64,000 nt of DNA from Trichodelitschia bisporula (lineage: Eukaryota). The stretch covers positions 631,933 through 695,932 of the forward strand of contig ML996692.1 of the NCBI GenBank assembly GCA_010356995.1, given 5' to 3'. The translations under genes and the position numbers were made by a program. How positions within the stretch are numbered: the first letter of the stretch is position 1; every line of letters starts with the position of its first letter. Below the pieces are notes generated by a model. The model saw only the letters and a program-made list of their open reading frames with translations. It was not told the DNA's origin and searched no databases. Below, in pieces: positions 9,881 to 22,214 of the stretch.

Positions 9881-12800
9881 AGCGTGCCCTGCCATGAGGG
9901 AAGTTGTGTATTGGGCATGGGAGTTGGGGAGTTGGCGATGGGGATTGCATGCATTGTTGAGGCGTGAAAATAGATGTGTGGTTGTCAATTGTGTGGGTAA
10001 TCTCGGTAATGGGTTTGATGCTGCTGTTGCTGTTGCTTCTGCTGCTGTGGAATGTTCTGTGCATGTGATCTGCTCACTTGACCGCCGTTGACGACGGTCG
10101 AAGGGTGCAGTGGTTGCAGATGTGACTACGCGAAACTGACATGATGTATCGATTGTTCTATGTAAGTAGCACGACATCAGGTACATACGCCTCTCGCGTG
10201 GATATCCTCAGCAACACACAGACAAATGCATTCCCAACTCCCACCAGACTGTACGAACAAACGGGTACATCCGCGAGGTACATCTTGGAAATAGAACTTC
10301 TTGTATATTGGAAGGTCGCGTGGCGATATTGGCTCGTGGATGAGGCGCTCTCGGCGCCCGTTTGCCCTTGCATGAAGGGCTATATACGCCATGTGCAATA
10401 GCGGCCCTTCTGCCCGCCAAAATTATCCGCGCCAAACGAGCGCCCATCGCATCCCACTAGCAGAGCTCAAGCAGCAGCTAGCGTCCATGGCTTTCATCAC
10501 CACGATACACCGGTTAAACAGGTCATCTAAACGTCGTCCAAATGGCGCAGTGCTGCATCTTCACGTCTTAGACGCATCAGCAACTAGCTTGCCAAACCGC
10601 ATGTCCAGGCTCCAATCACCGTAGGTGAAGGCTCAGCTGGGCGCTGTTTGCCCTGGCCAGCAAGGCCCCAGTTCGCGACGCCCTTCTCCACACGACGGTA
10701 TCCGCCCTAGGGGTGATCCGCCTCCCCCGGACGGTGTGCAGTCGCTCAATGGGCTACTGTAGCCGCCAACATGGTGAGCCACGCACCCTGCTGAGTGATC
10801 GACTGCAGGCAGCGGCCAGGATACAAAGATACCGCCCAAAGTCCCATACTAAGGACATTCGAGCGTCATCTCACCGCGAAACGCACAGCCCAAGCCGTAC
10901 AGCAAGCGGCGAGGTTGAGGCTCAGACGTTTCAGCATAGCATAAGCTTGCTCTTCAGAGTAGTGATCATCGCGAAGAACGAGCAGTTATCCGGGCTACTA
11001 AGTTAGTACTGTCATGTCGAACGGTCAGAGCAAGCAGCGGGACGGTTAGCCGTGATGATGCACGTCGGGATATTTTTGGGCCTGGGGGATCCTTCTCGGC
11101 TGCGCCTGTCGCCCATCGGAGAATAAGGGCGAGGAAGCCCAGGCACTGATTGGTGGAGAGAGGGCGATACTAGGCAAGATTTGCCTGTTGCTAGCCGGAT
11201 GCGGCCTAGATATGGGTGATGGGTTGCAGGGCTCACACAAACGGCCAAATGTAGGGCTGATGTAAAATGAACGTCTGTTGTCATCCAAGTCTTCCAGAAG
11301 CCTGCAAAGAAGCCTTGATGATTTGGCGATCTCGATGCAGGTGTTGGAACCAGCTGTCATTTTTCACTGTCGTGTTCGGAAAAGGCCCCCTGTACTACAA
11401 GAACGAAACCATGGATGTACCGGTTGATGCCTTAGGCGCCATTTCTTGCTTTCGTCAGTTGCTCACTCGGTGCATCGCTAGCTGTCAGCTTCTTTGCTTG
11501 TGGCTTGCGGTGCTTGCGTACTTCCTCGGACGTTTTGGAAGAGCGAGGAAGTGCTGAGTTGGGAAAATGCAAGACCAACGACCGCCGTTCTCACCAGATG
11601 AGCATTTCCCGTTCAACCGCAGTTTGCGACGCTGCATGGTGCGGTGTATGGCGAGTTGGTCGTTTACACATCGTGCCCAAGGCTTGGACGCTTCAGATGG
11701 CGCGATTGGTAAAGGATGGCATAATTGGCCGGGTGTCGTCCGTAAGCCATTCAGAATGGCCCGAGTGCTGAGAACTGGAACTTCATCGGGCGACATCACT
11801 CTCCGAAGCCGACAGATTCCTGCGTAGGATTCCCGCATACGGACAAGGCGGCAAAAGGCCAGGCAACAGACTAGACGACAGCGGAAACTAACTTGGGTGA
11901 CTTGCGAGTGCTGGAGGCATCGCGTAGAGAATCTCACCGGAATGATGCGGAAAGGGAGCCCCAAGACGCGTGCGGATGGTGTAGACACGATGCGGTCCAG
12001 GCGATGGGAGCCTCTCATTCGCCGATTTGTTAGCTGGCAATCACACACTGTCGTCAAGACCTCGCGGCCGACGGAGTACAGAATAATCAAAGTCCTAACA
12101 CCGAAGTGCTGAGCCTGCGTATGCAGTAGATGCATAGGAGAGAAGAAGCGTAGGGCAACGAGTCAAAGGTGCTGATGGGATAGTGCTTGAAGACCGAAGC
12201 AACACCGTTTTCTCTTTTAATTTTCTTCTCGACGGACCGATGGCGGGGCAAGAACCATGGGGACTAACTTCGGGCCGGACCGAGATTACATCCCAGAACA
12301 TGGATGAGGGGATGGTATACGTACCGTACGGTATCTCAAGTCACGGGATGTCGCCGACAGTGAAATCCCGACGACATGTCACCAACCCCTCACCTCTCCA
12401 TGCACCATCCACACACAAACCACTCACCATCCAGCCTTAAATGCAGCCTCATGACATATCCCTCCGATGATCAGACAATAATCGACTCCACCAACGCCTA
12501 ACATCACCGTGAAGGTCGCCACCCCAACCACCTGTAATCACCTCCGTGCGACCCTCCTCAAGCACTGCGCAAGTCGGCAACCCGCATTATCAAGAAAACC
12601 GCGATTGCGCTGTATGGCCAAGTTTTTTCTCCGATCCTCCGAACCAACCTCCGCATCTCGAATAGCCTAAGACCTGCAGCCGATTAGGTTATCCAACTTT
12701 CCCCCCACCCCCCCAGCTTGCCCAGCCAGATTGCGAGCTCAGCGCCACATCCAAGACGTCACCCGCGATCCAGGATGCCAACTGCACGCATTCTGACCGG

Positions 12801-14186
12801 TTTTTTGACTCCCGCGACTCGTGCGCTTGCCGCGATCCCCACGTGTGTGTTTCTCCACAGTCAATTCTCCGTAGTTTGCTCTGCAGAGCTTCAAACAGAA
12901 CCGCCATCAATCAAGGAAGCTTCATTCCGCATATTTCTCTCCCCACAAATGAATCCCACTTCTAGCCAGTCCCCGCGCATTACCACACTTATGCTTCTCC
13001 CCCCCCCCATACACACTGCGCCTGCCCCGCCATGCCGGCTCTCGGCAGCCCAGCCAGTCCAAGAGCCAAAAGCGACTTCAGTGCTCGGCCGCAGCGCGGC
13101 GCCATAGGAATCAATGCCACGGTTCGGCAAGTTCCATTCCCACATCAGCCGGAACCCAGTCCCGGTGCCAGCCTGCTAATTGCTCATCCGCCCTTTCCCT
13201 TCCAGGCGTAGCATCTTACGCTCCCTATCTTGCGTTTCCCTCCCCACCGTGCCCCGCGTTTTCGCTGATGCTCCCCAAGGGTTCTGCACGTGGCGTGTGG
13301 GCAACGTCCTCGCGCTGGGGGATGCAGTGCCGGGCCGCGCGTGAGAGTGCGTATGTGTGTGCCTGTCTAGCGATAAAAATAGCTAGCCTTGGGTCTCTTT
13401 TAGGAGCATTTTGGAGAATTCGTCGCCTGGACGCATGAAGTTAGCAATTCTTGTGGGCAGTGGATGTATGTCGTGCCCTTTCACCTGTCTGCACTCTGTT
13501 GAGGTAATGACCTGTCGGGGGCTCGACGGGCGGGGAATTGGGGAGGGGGAGAGCGATTCGCCTGCAGGGGCTAAGAATGGAGGGGTTCGAAAGTCCTACA
13601 TGTCAACGAAGCCAGTTTGTGTTCATGATATTAGGTCAATTACTATTACGAGAGTTGAAGCGGCTCATGGCGCATACAAAGTACAGTAAGGGAAGCAAAT
13701 ACTCATGACAATCCTCAATCCCGGCTCTATTGCCCCACCAGACCCGAAAGTGTACAAAAGAGAAAGAGGAACATTGTCGCCCGCCACGAAACATTAGGAG
13801 CACCACGTCCCCCTCAAGCGGGCCAGCCTCCAGGCCGGGTACAAGGAGCGCCCTGGGCGCCTTCCGGAGTTTTGGAGTCTCTCTCCACAGAAAGGTGATA
13901 GCACAGTAGCTATATCCAGCCTCGTGCGGTTCCCCCCACGCCGCAAAAACACTCGCCATTCCGTTGCCGGGAGAAGGTGTAGTTGATAAAGGAAGGTGTC
14001 TAATGAAATGGAATGGAGTTTGTAGAGACCGTTTCTGGTAGCCGAATCGTACATGAGATGCGTGGTAGCGTGTATATATGTCGTAGTGATCATAAAAATG
14101 TTCATGGTGTTGCATGGTTCAGCCTCGGCGACTTGGGCGCATGGCCTGATCACACCGGGTCAGGCCATTGGAGCTGGAGAAGGAGC

Positions 14187-14405
14187 TCAATGGAAACCGC
14201 TGGAGTAGCCCGAGTCTGAGAGCTTTCTGTCGGGATAGGCACCCATAGCGCCGCGTCCAGAATGCGCAGGGCAAGCGTAGCCGACAAGCACCGTCTTGGT
14301 GATGACGGCATGGCCGCGTTGGCCATAGGAGGAGCAAGCGTCGACGCTGTGCTGGTAGTAGATGCAGTTGCACACGGCGTAGCGCTCGACAATCTGATAG
14401 CACAT
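14187..14405 (-). CDS. 72-aa Cys/His-rich small protein, conserved-type fungal hypothetical
   Basis: caccATG context; MCYQIVERYAVCNCIYYQHSVDACSSYGQRGHAVITKTVLVGYACPAHS...DSGYSSGFH*; C-ending codon bias; pyrimidine-rich leader. Confidence 0.8.
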   Translation of the reverse strand: MCYQIVERYAVCNCIYYQHSVDACSSYGQRGHAVITKTVLVGYACPAHSGRGAMGAYPDRKLSDSGYSSGFH

Positions 14406-16043
14406 GGTGACGAGAAGGATCGTGGAGGTTTGATATTTGTGTTGAAAGATTGAAGATAGGAAGCTGACGCAGGAAGCCAATGAAGGAGGCAAGGCGTGAG
14501 CGTGTAGTGGTAGCAAAGAATGATTGAAGTAGACGAAGTGTCTGGATCTGATGAGAGGACTGCTTGGGATGAAGAAGAAAGAGGCGGGAAGCTTACGATA
14601 TAAATACTCCTCTGGGAAATGGAGACCGTGATAGAGGAGGGAGTGCAGAGGGAAGTGATATCGGTTGAGCGTGTGTAAGGGCAGATGTCGTCCTGCAAGT
14701 CATGCATCCGCCGAACAAAGAAAACGGCTGCTTCCGCATGGGCGGAGGTAGCTGCTGCTCTCCTTTCTCAGGCGGATGCCACGAGGCTGGCGGAAAATGA
14801 GGTCTTGCTGATTGCTTGATCCAGGAGTATACTAAAGCTCGAAGAGGAAAGGTCGTAGAAGGTCTTGAATTAACTCTGGAGTCCGCTTAAGGACAGACGA
14901 TTGGAGCACAATGGTGCCGATGGAAGTGGTACCGGCGAATGGTAGCACAGTTGGCGAGACGGAGAGAGCTTAGTCAATGTCGAATGCGGATATACAACCC
15001 AGTCGACGATGGGGGGTCCAAAAGATGTCCAATAGTTCGGGTGGTGGTGGTAAGGGACGCGGGGGAGCGAAAAGGTGGAAAGTAACCACGATCTCTGATG
15101 ATGCTAAAGTTAAGAACCGTTTCCCGATCCGTCGGTGACAGGGAGTATGAGACGCAAGAAGCATGCCGTACGCAGCCGGGATACCGTCTGGGGAGGGTTT
15201 GAGAAAGTGGAGGGGGAGGTGGATGTGAAGTGGATGTGAAAGGTTTACGGAAGTATGGGGAAGCGAAGAATAGGTGTAGACGCAGGGCCGTTGGGAGTGA
15301 AAATACGCGGTAATGGGTCAATAATGGCACGCGAGCCTTGCACGTCAGACGGGTAGATGAACCTACAAGCGACGAATGAACTCTTCGCCCTGGCTGAAGA
15401 GCAGCCCCAGAACCATGGTGATGGTTGGGGGAGGTGTGTAAAGGAGGGTAGAGAGAGAGTGTGGAAGGGATGGTGAGTACAGAGCCTGGAGCCTGGAGCC
15501 TGGGGCCATGGACACTGCATGGACATCTGAAATAGCAGTAAAAAGCTGGTGTTGGCATCGAGTGCAAGTGGGTGGCTGAGGTTGGTGCTATGCCGGTACA
15601 AGCGATCGAGCAGTCAGCACCAGAAAGACTGGAGAGATGTTGGGGGAGAAGATGCAGTTTGCAGAGAAACTAGAGGAGAGCCAATGGAGTCGAGGTGAGA
15701 GTAATCAAGGGTTGCCATTAAAAACACTTTCACCAGGCACACGCGAAAGGCAAGGCACAAAGGGGAAAGTTAGTTAGCGGGAAGAAGAGGAGCATGGGGT
15801 CTTGATTGGGCTGATGGCTAGAGAAGTACAGGAAGTGGTAATGGTGATCTTTGGGGTGAGAGATCGAATATAGGACAAAGCAAGGGGAGCATGCAATTGA
15901 ATGAGCAAAGGCGAACAAAGAGAGCGACTGAGGCCGATAGAGTAGTTCTAGTGACCGCACGGAATATAGAAATGGCCGTCCTGTGATGGTGAGGGAGAGG
16001 GGAGAGAGTGACAAGAGGAACAGAGGGAGAGAGAAAGGGAAGA

Positions 16044-16069
16044 AGAGAGAGAGAGAGAGAGAGAGAGAG
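16044..16069. repeat. (AG)13 microsatellite within a ~100-bp polypurine tract
   Basis: Direct reading of 15990-16083. Confidence 0.9.
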
Positions 16070-18398
16070 GAACAGAGAAGAGAATTGGGCCGTTGCATCA
16101 CCGTCCTTACTGCGTCACTCGTCACTTGTCCCTTCTCGCTCACAAAACCCCTGCACGGGCCGGTGGTTGATGTCGGAAGTGGTCGCGATTGCTAATTTTA
16201 GCCCACAACCTCCCACCTCACCTCATGCAACTTGCTCGCACACCACCACCATCAAGGGAATCGTTTACACTCCCCCACCGCACAATCAAACTCCATCACG
16301 TCTGTACCGCTACACCGGCAATGCGACTCTGCATCTCCTCATCCTAAACTGCCCTGACAGCCTCAAACATACCCCGTTATCTCTTCACCAGATTACCAAC
16401 AACTGCCCCCGATGACACAGCGCTACTCCCTCTATCTGGCATCGTCCCGTACAGTAGCTCCCCGTACAGTAGCTGCGTCGCCGATGCATCGAACCGTCTT
16501 ACCGAACCATCACCACTCCATCCTCAATACCCCCAAAATACGAAGACGCCCGACATTCCGTCAATTAGCTTTTCATCCCTTTAGGCATGGTGTCCTCCAC
16601 CTCATACATCCTGTAGCTAACTTGAGCCCATTTTGCTCTATTTTGCTTTCTGTCTTTTCTGCATTCTCATCTACCCATTTTCCTCAATCCGTCCTTGCCG
16701 ACTCATGAGGGTACAGACGCTCCCTTCATTGAGTCCCTAATTTGTCCCTCAGTTCGTGCACCTATTCGCCGGTTGAATAGTCTAGAGCACGATAACCGAT
16801 GAAAACCATAATCACTAACCCTTTGTCAAAGTATGACGCCCTTGAGCATCTGTCACATTCTCAGCTCGCTGGCATGGCCATGTGTTCCTAAGCTTGTCGC
16901 GCGTGGAGTGCAGGGGACAGTAGTTCGCCAACGCAGTTGGTCTCCACTACTAACTTATGTGCTATTCAGAAACGCAAGATAGTGCCGGGCGATCAGGCAC
17001 ACGACCAGGGGACGAGCGAGAGGGTGCTTGGAACGTTGAACGAGGGACAGCTTCGCCCTCGGGGAGGGCCGCCTGCACATGGGGCTTGGAGATCATGTTC
17101 GCGCAACACACAAATCCCAGGGGATGCCACGGAGCGTTAGATGCCGAGGCTCGGAACAGAGCCTCAGAGCCGTTACCCGAGACTCCAGACGCGGCCTTAA
17201 ACCCAGGTGCTCAGCCATGGTGTGTGCACAATCACTGTTACACATGCTCGGAGCAGATTGCGGTGGACGGATAGCCACTCGTGCGTTGTTTCAATGAGAC
17301 ACAAGTAAACCGGCACCTCTATTCAGTCTCTGCCTCATCGCCTGTACCTGAATCTTCTCCGCTCAAGTGCACAAATAATGCGCCTGGCGGCGATCGGCAT
17401 ATCGGCCATCGCGCGTCGGGTGGCTGCGCCGCGAATCGCTGCGTGACCGGGACGGGGCGGTGGCTACACAGCGTCGAATGTGTACCTAGTGCGGTAGTCC
17501 ATGCCACCTACATGTCCAGTGGCTGAGGCCGGAGAAGGGTCGAATGCAGCATGTACTCGGAACATAGCTTGGGGGCCGAGATCGAGGGATTGACCAACAT
17601 GGAATACAGTCGTGAAGAGTTTGAGGTTGATGTTGGTTGTGTTGATATCGCTCATCTAGTGGAGGTCAAGATTGTCAGATCCGTGCCTGGACCCCACTCT
17701 TTGCTTCGTGAAGGTGGGGTCGTGAAGGTGGACTTGTTGGCACGTGCGTATCTAATTTGGGACCAACGAGTCAGGTTGCCGCAACGACGACGTCCATCCA
17801 TCAGCACGTCATCGTCCTCACGTCCTCACATCAACAATCGCTTGAATCTTTATTGTACCAGGGACCGTCACTTCAATAGACAATTACGGACGTCACGTCA
17901 ATGATGTGCAAAGTCAGAGTCAAACGTCCTGCTCCCTTTCGTCGCAAGGTTCAATTTGATGCTCAACTACCCTACTCCGTTCTTCCCATCATCATGACCT
18001 CGTTCCCTCTTACGTTAAGGTCATCACATTCCTTCATCTCCCTCGTCCATGGCTCTCCGGATCTCGTGTCGTTAGAATGCACACGAGAGTCCGAAGCTAG
18101 ACGTAATTGGCGTGCGCGAGCACAAGCCGCTCGAACCGTGTGTCTGGCGCACAGTTGCACCCAAGCCGAGCGCCGAAGACCAGCGACGACACTGGCCAGG
18201 GCAACAACATAATGCCAGGCGAATTAGCCGGTCCTAAACAGCGCTGTCCAACGAGCGAAAGCGGGCGGATCCGTGAATCCCCTAAGTTGAAACCAAGAGT
18301 TATGTACAAGGTTCAAAAAACCGATCCCCCATGGATTGGCTTGCAAAAGAAGGTATTAAAGTTGCAAAAGTTGTCCGTTCTCCTGGCTGGAGTTTCAT

Positions 18399-19230
18399 CT
18401 AGCTCCGGATGACGATGCCCTGGCGCCTCGTGGTCCGCTCGTAGTACGCGCCGGAATCAGAGTCGGAATCGCAGCTCGACGAGTCGTCGGAGTAGCCACA
18501 GCGCGCACCGTTGCAGTCAAGCTTGACGCGCGATCCGCCGCGGGTGATGCCATAGCGCTCGCACGTGCAGCAGCTGGAGCGGGAGCTCACGCTGCTGGGA
18601 GACGAGGAGTTGGAGCTGCGCGAGCTGGCGCTCGTGAGCGAGGGCACATCAGACGAGACGTCGGACTCGTCGTCGGACGAATCCTCATCGTTCTCCTCCA
18701 GCGTCGCCGCGCGCAGGTGGTTCGCCAACCGGTCAACAGCCGCGTAGTCGGCGCCCGTAATGGCAGCCGTCTGTACGGGGTTGTACGGCTTCGGCGACTG
18801 AATCTGGCTCGGCGAGAGGCTGCGGCCTTTCGCGACGTCGACGGAGATGCGGCGCGAGTGGCGCTTGGAGGTCCGCGCGGAGGCACCGGCGGGCACGTCG
18901 AGGATGTTCAGCGAGCGGCCGGTTGTCGGCTCGACGGTGTGCTGCTGCTGCGGGTCGTGCGAAACGTGGTACCCATCCATGATGTACTGCGCCTGTGTTA
19001 GTGGGGGAAACGGGGAAGAGTGTGGCGCTACGCACGTAGTACCAGTACCGCTGGCCGGGCGCCAGGGTGCCGGACTGGAAGCGGAAGGTGCCCATCCACG
19101 AGCCGAGCGGGCCAGAGGCATCGCGCGACATGGGGAGCTGGCCTTGGTAGTTGTCCCAGGAGCCGAGGAGATGGACGGTTTGGACATGGGGGGTGGTGCG
19201 GATGGTGAAGGGGATCTGGACGGCGGCCAT
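18399..19230 (-). CDS. esdC: EsdC-like early sexual development protein with an N-terminal AMPK-beta-type glycogen-binding (CBM48-like) domain
   Basis: MAAVQIPFTIRTTPHVQTVHLLGSWDNYQGQLPM...RYWYY, 49-nt intron 18987-19035, then YIMDGYHVSHDP...EPTTGRSLNILDV; C-terminal CTCERYGITRGGSRVKLDCNGARCG. Confidence 0.8.
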
Positions 19231-22214
19231 TGTAATAGATGGTTCGTTCAAAGGTTTCGATTAACGAGATTTGGTGGTGCTGATTCGTGAAGAAGGCTGA
19301 AAGCTCAGAGTCGCGTCAAAAGAGGGCGAGCAAGTTGTGAAGCTTGAGGAAGCAAAGTGTCGAAAGTTTCAAAGATTTGATTAAGGTCGACCAGCGACGA
19401 AGAATGAATTAGTTGATGCAAAGGTTGTGCAGGAAAGATCGCTTGTTGATGTTGAAGCCTTGCGCAGCGAGGCTGTTGCTGTTGAGCAGTGGGATGACGA
19501 TCTCTCGATAGAGTATGGTTTTGGCTGGAATAGGCAAGAGCACCAGGCTCTTTGAAAGTGACTAGGGGTATTAAAACAAGAAGTAAAAGGTAAGAGAAAA
19601 CAAAAAACAAAGAAACCACGACACTTGCTCGAATAGTTTTGACAGAAGCTTGCTGAAGAGAAAGAATAGGCCCAAAAGGCGGGCGACATGGTCCTTATAA
19701 GTGCAGCGCACGGCAGCCGGTCACTCGTCACTCGTGTGCACTCCAACGGCATGCCCCCCCCCCGCGCCCTGCTCTCCACCATCACCTCGTCTTCCCCCAC
19801 CACCCATGCCGGCCGCACAAGGCCAACAAGGTCTTCAACCAGGGTGCCAGGCTCTCCCGCATCGAGCAAGACAGGGCCATCTCGCTGCCATCTCGTCCGC
19901 CAATCAGACCCGCCATCGTACCGCCGGGACTAGTCTCTGCACGACCCATCCCGCACAGACCATACGCCCCGCCCGTCGACATCCATGTGCGGGCCGACGG
20001 CGTGCCAATCGAGAGCGAGGGCGGGGGGCCGGGGGAGGAGCGGGGCACGGACGTGGGCAGGGATACAGGAGGGGAATCGATAAACAGCGTGCGGACTTGG
20101 CGCGATGGGTGCGGCCTGTCATTCGGTGCGCATTGAGCACTTTTCGGGCAGCTGGGGCTGAGTGACTTGATGGGCTTTGGTGAGGCGGGGGGTAGCTTTT
20201 GTGTGCGCTTGCTGTGTTCGGCAGGTTCTTTGGGGGCGGCGGAGCGATTTGCCTGGCTTTTCGGGAGTGACAGTGGTGCCGGCGGCTTGGATGGAGGTGA
20301 GAGCAGCTGCTTTCTGGTTGTGCAGTTACGTCTCCGAGGAAGACGCCATTAGCCACGTTCTGTCCCCTATCCAGCTGGATATGCGATCAAGGAATGTTCC
20401 AAGCGCCGACGAGATGTGACCACATGCCCGACCTGCTTCTGCCTCTTCGCTTCCGTGCTCTCGGCTTGACCCCCATGGAGGCCTCAGCCTGGTAGAGGCC
20501 ACAGTGCGCCATATGTCACCAGCTGAGGCTGGGGGGAGGGGGTGCATGATGGTGGTGACGACGGCGGGAGACTTGCTAAGTTGGGGGTCGTCGGGTCTGC
20601 TGGCATCTGGCTGCCGGATGGACATCGTGCCTGTCCGAGGGGTCGAGGATCTTGACTCTGGCCTGTCATCCGGCGCTTGGATGCATGGCATTGCACACGG
20701 GGAATCCCGCACCACAATCCATGAAGTTCGACGGCGAAAGCAAAATTTAGCTGCAAAGACCCACCAAAGCGGGGGAGAAACGGAACGGGAAGTGGGGAGG
20801 AAAGAACCAAAGCTGCGACAATTAGCAGGCTTTCCGACTTCCCGGGCGGACAAGGCTCTCTCTAGACGAGTCAAGTGCACACCCGAACAGACCGTCAATT
20901 AACACCCAATCTCGCCGGGCCCGCAAAATATAGTGACCTCTGCGGCGGCCGTCGCACAACCTTCGAAGAAAGGCTTGGGTACGGAAGGAGAATCGTCGAG
21001 CGACGGGAAGGATTCACAAACGCCGCATCCGCATGCGTAGCGTCCGCCGACCCCGCCGCGACCACATGCGCCCAGCTGCAACCCAAGGCCAGCAGCGCGA
21101 GAATGCGGTAAACGCATGTGCAGCCAGCTGCGGACAAGTTTGGCGGGGCCGCGAGAAAAGATGCTCCTTCTTGCTGCCACACCAACCTGTGCGACATGGG
21201 AGGTGCCCGACCGCCATTCGCCTGTTGTATTCCCTTCCCCTCCCCGGCTCGGCTGCAGGTGCGGTCACGTCGGTCGGGATCATGGTTCGGAGATCAATGC
21301 AGCTAGGCACCAGTTGGCCCGTTTTGCGGCCTTTTACGCTTGACGCGGTATGTTTTTTGCTGCATTATGGCTGGGTGGGGTTGATGCTGTCGGTGAAGAG
21401 GTCCATTTAATGCACTATGGGCGGCGCTTGCGCGGAAGTGTGCGACGTAATCGATTGCTGGGGTTAAGCAATCCTACTTTAGGCCTTTGGCGGGGTATGG
21501 TGGCTTTCCGTTGGGTGAAAGACCAGAGAAGCAGAGCCAGAAGCGGCCCGAGAATATGAGATAATTACCGTAAGCGGAAATTGCAACGACATCTAACGGG
21601 AGCCTCACCTTGTCACCTAGAAACACCACGGTAAACCCATGCAATAAGAGCGGAGATACCATGCTCAGTCCAGTACTTGACGTGCCCTCGATGGCGTTCT
21701 ACGGCTCCACAACGTACAAACCGGCCCCTCGGCCACGTCCATCCCCTAGCCCCCCCCTCGCACCGAAGCAATCGCATAGCCGCCGAAGGCCCCAGCCCAG
21801 CCAACCACCTCCCTGGCCTTGCAGAACTGTCAATTGTCATGGCAAATCCCTCTTGCCCGTTCGCATGCCGCCCGGTACACGGCTAATGCGCCCCACACTG
21901 CAAGTTTGCGGCCTCGTGTACGGATGTACGCCGTGCCCTCGTCCACGACCGGTGTGGCCGCGGATTGATCGTTAGAGTCTGCCTTGCTTCTAAGCGCCAA
22001 TCGATAAGTTGCCGGCTGACCGATTACGTGCCTGCTGAGATGTGTCTAGCCCTGGTGCCTGCGTCCCATCGTCGCGAGATAGACGCCCCCTCCACGACCG
22101 CCTGTTCAGCTTCGACACGGCCATCCATCAGAGATCATCCGATGCCCTCTTCCTATCTCCCATGGTTCCCCGGATCCCCCTTCCACCCGCCCATCTTCGT
22201 TCCTCGGTCAGGTC

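Noticed and set aside
11052..11150. GTGATGA/CTGA and Sm-like ATTTTTGG followed by a hairpin
   Set aside because: No resemblance to U1/U2/U4/U5 conserved motifs and no guide match.
14726..14760. Hairpin with GGAAGCAGC resembling SRP helix 8
   Set aside because: Lacks the CAGG side, the GNRA loop and an Alu domain.
17464..17655. 63-aa minus-strand ORF (MSDINTTNINLKLF...) with coding-like codons
   Set aside because: No recognisable motif or convincing upstream donor; cannot be told apart from chance.
9900..18300. Telomerase RNA in the gene-poor tract
   Set aside because: I found no TAACCCTAA-type template on either strand and no Sm site plus splice-donor 3' end arrangement.
21325..21342. GCCTTTTAC resembling U5 snRNA loop I
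   Set aside because: Only a 3-bp flanking stem and no remaining U5 structure.
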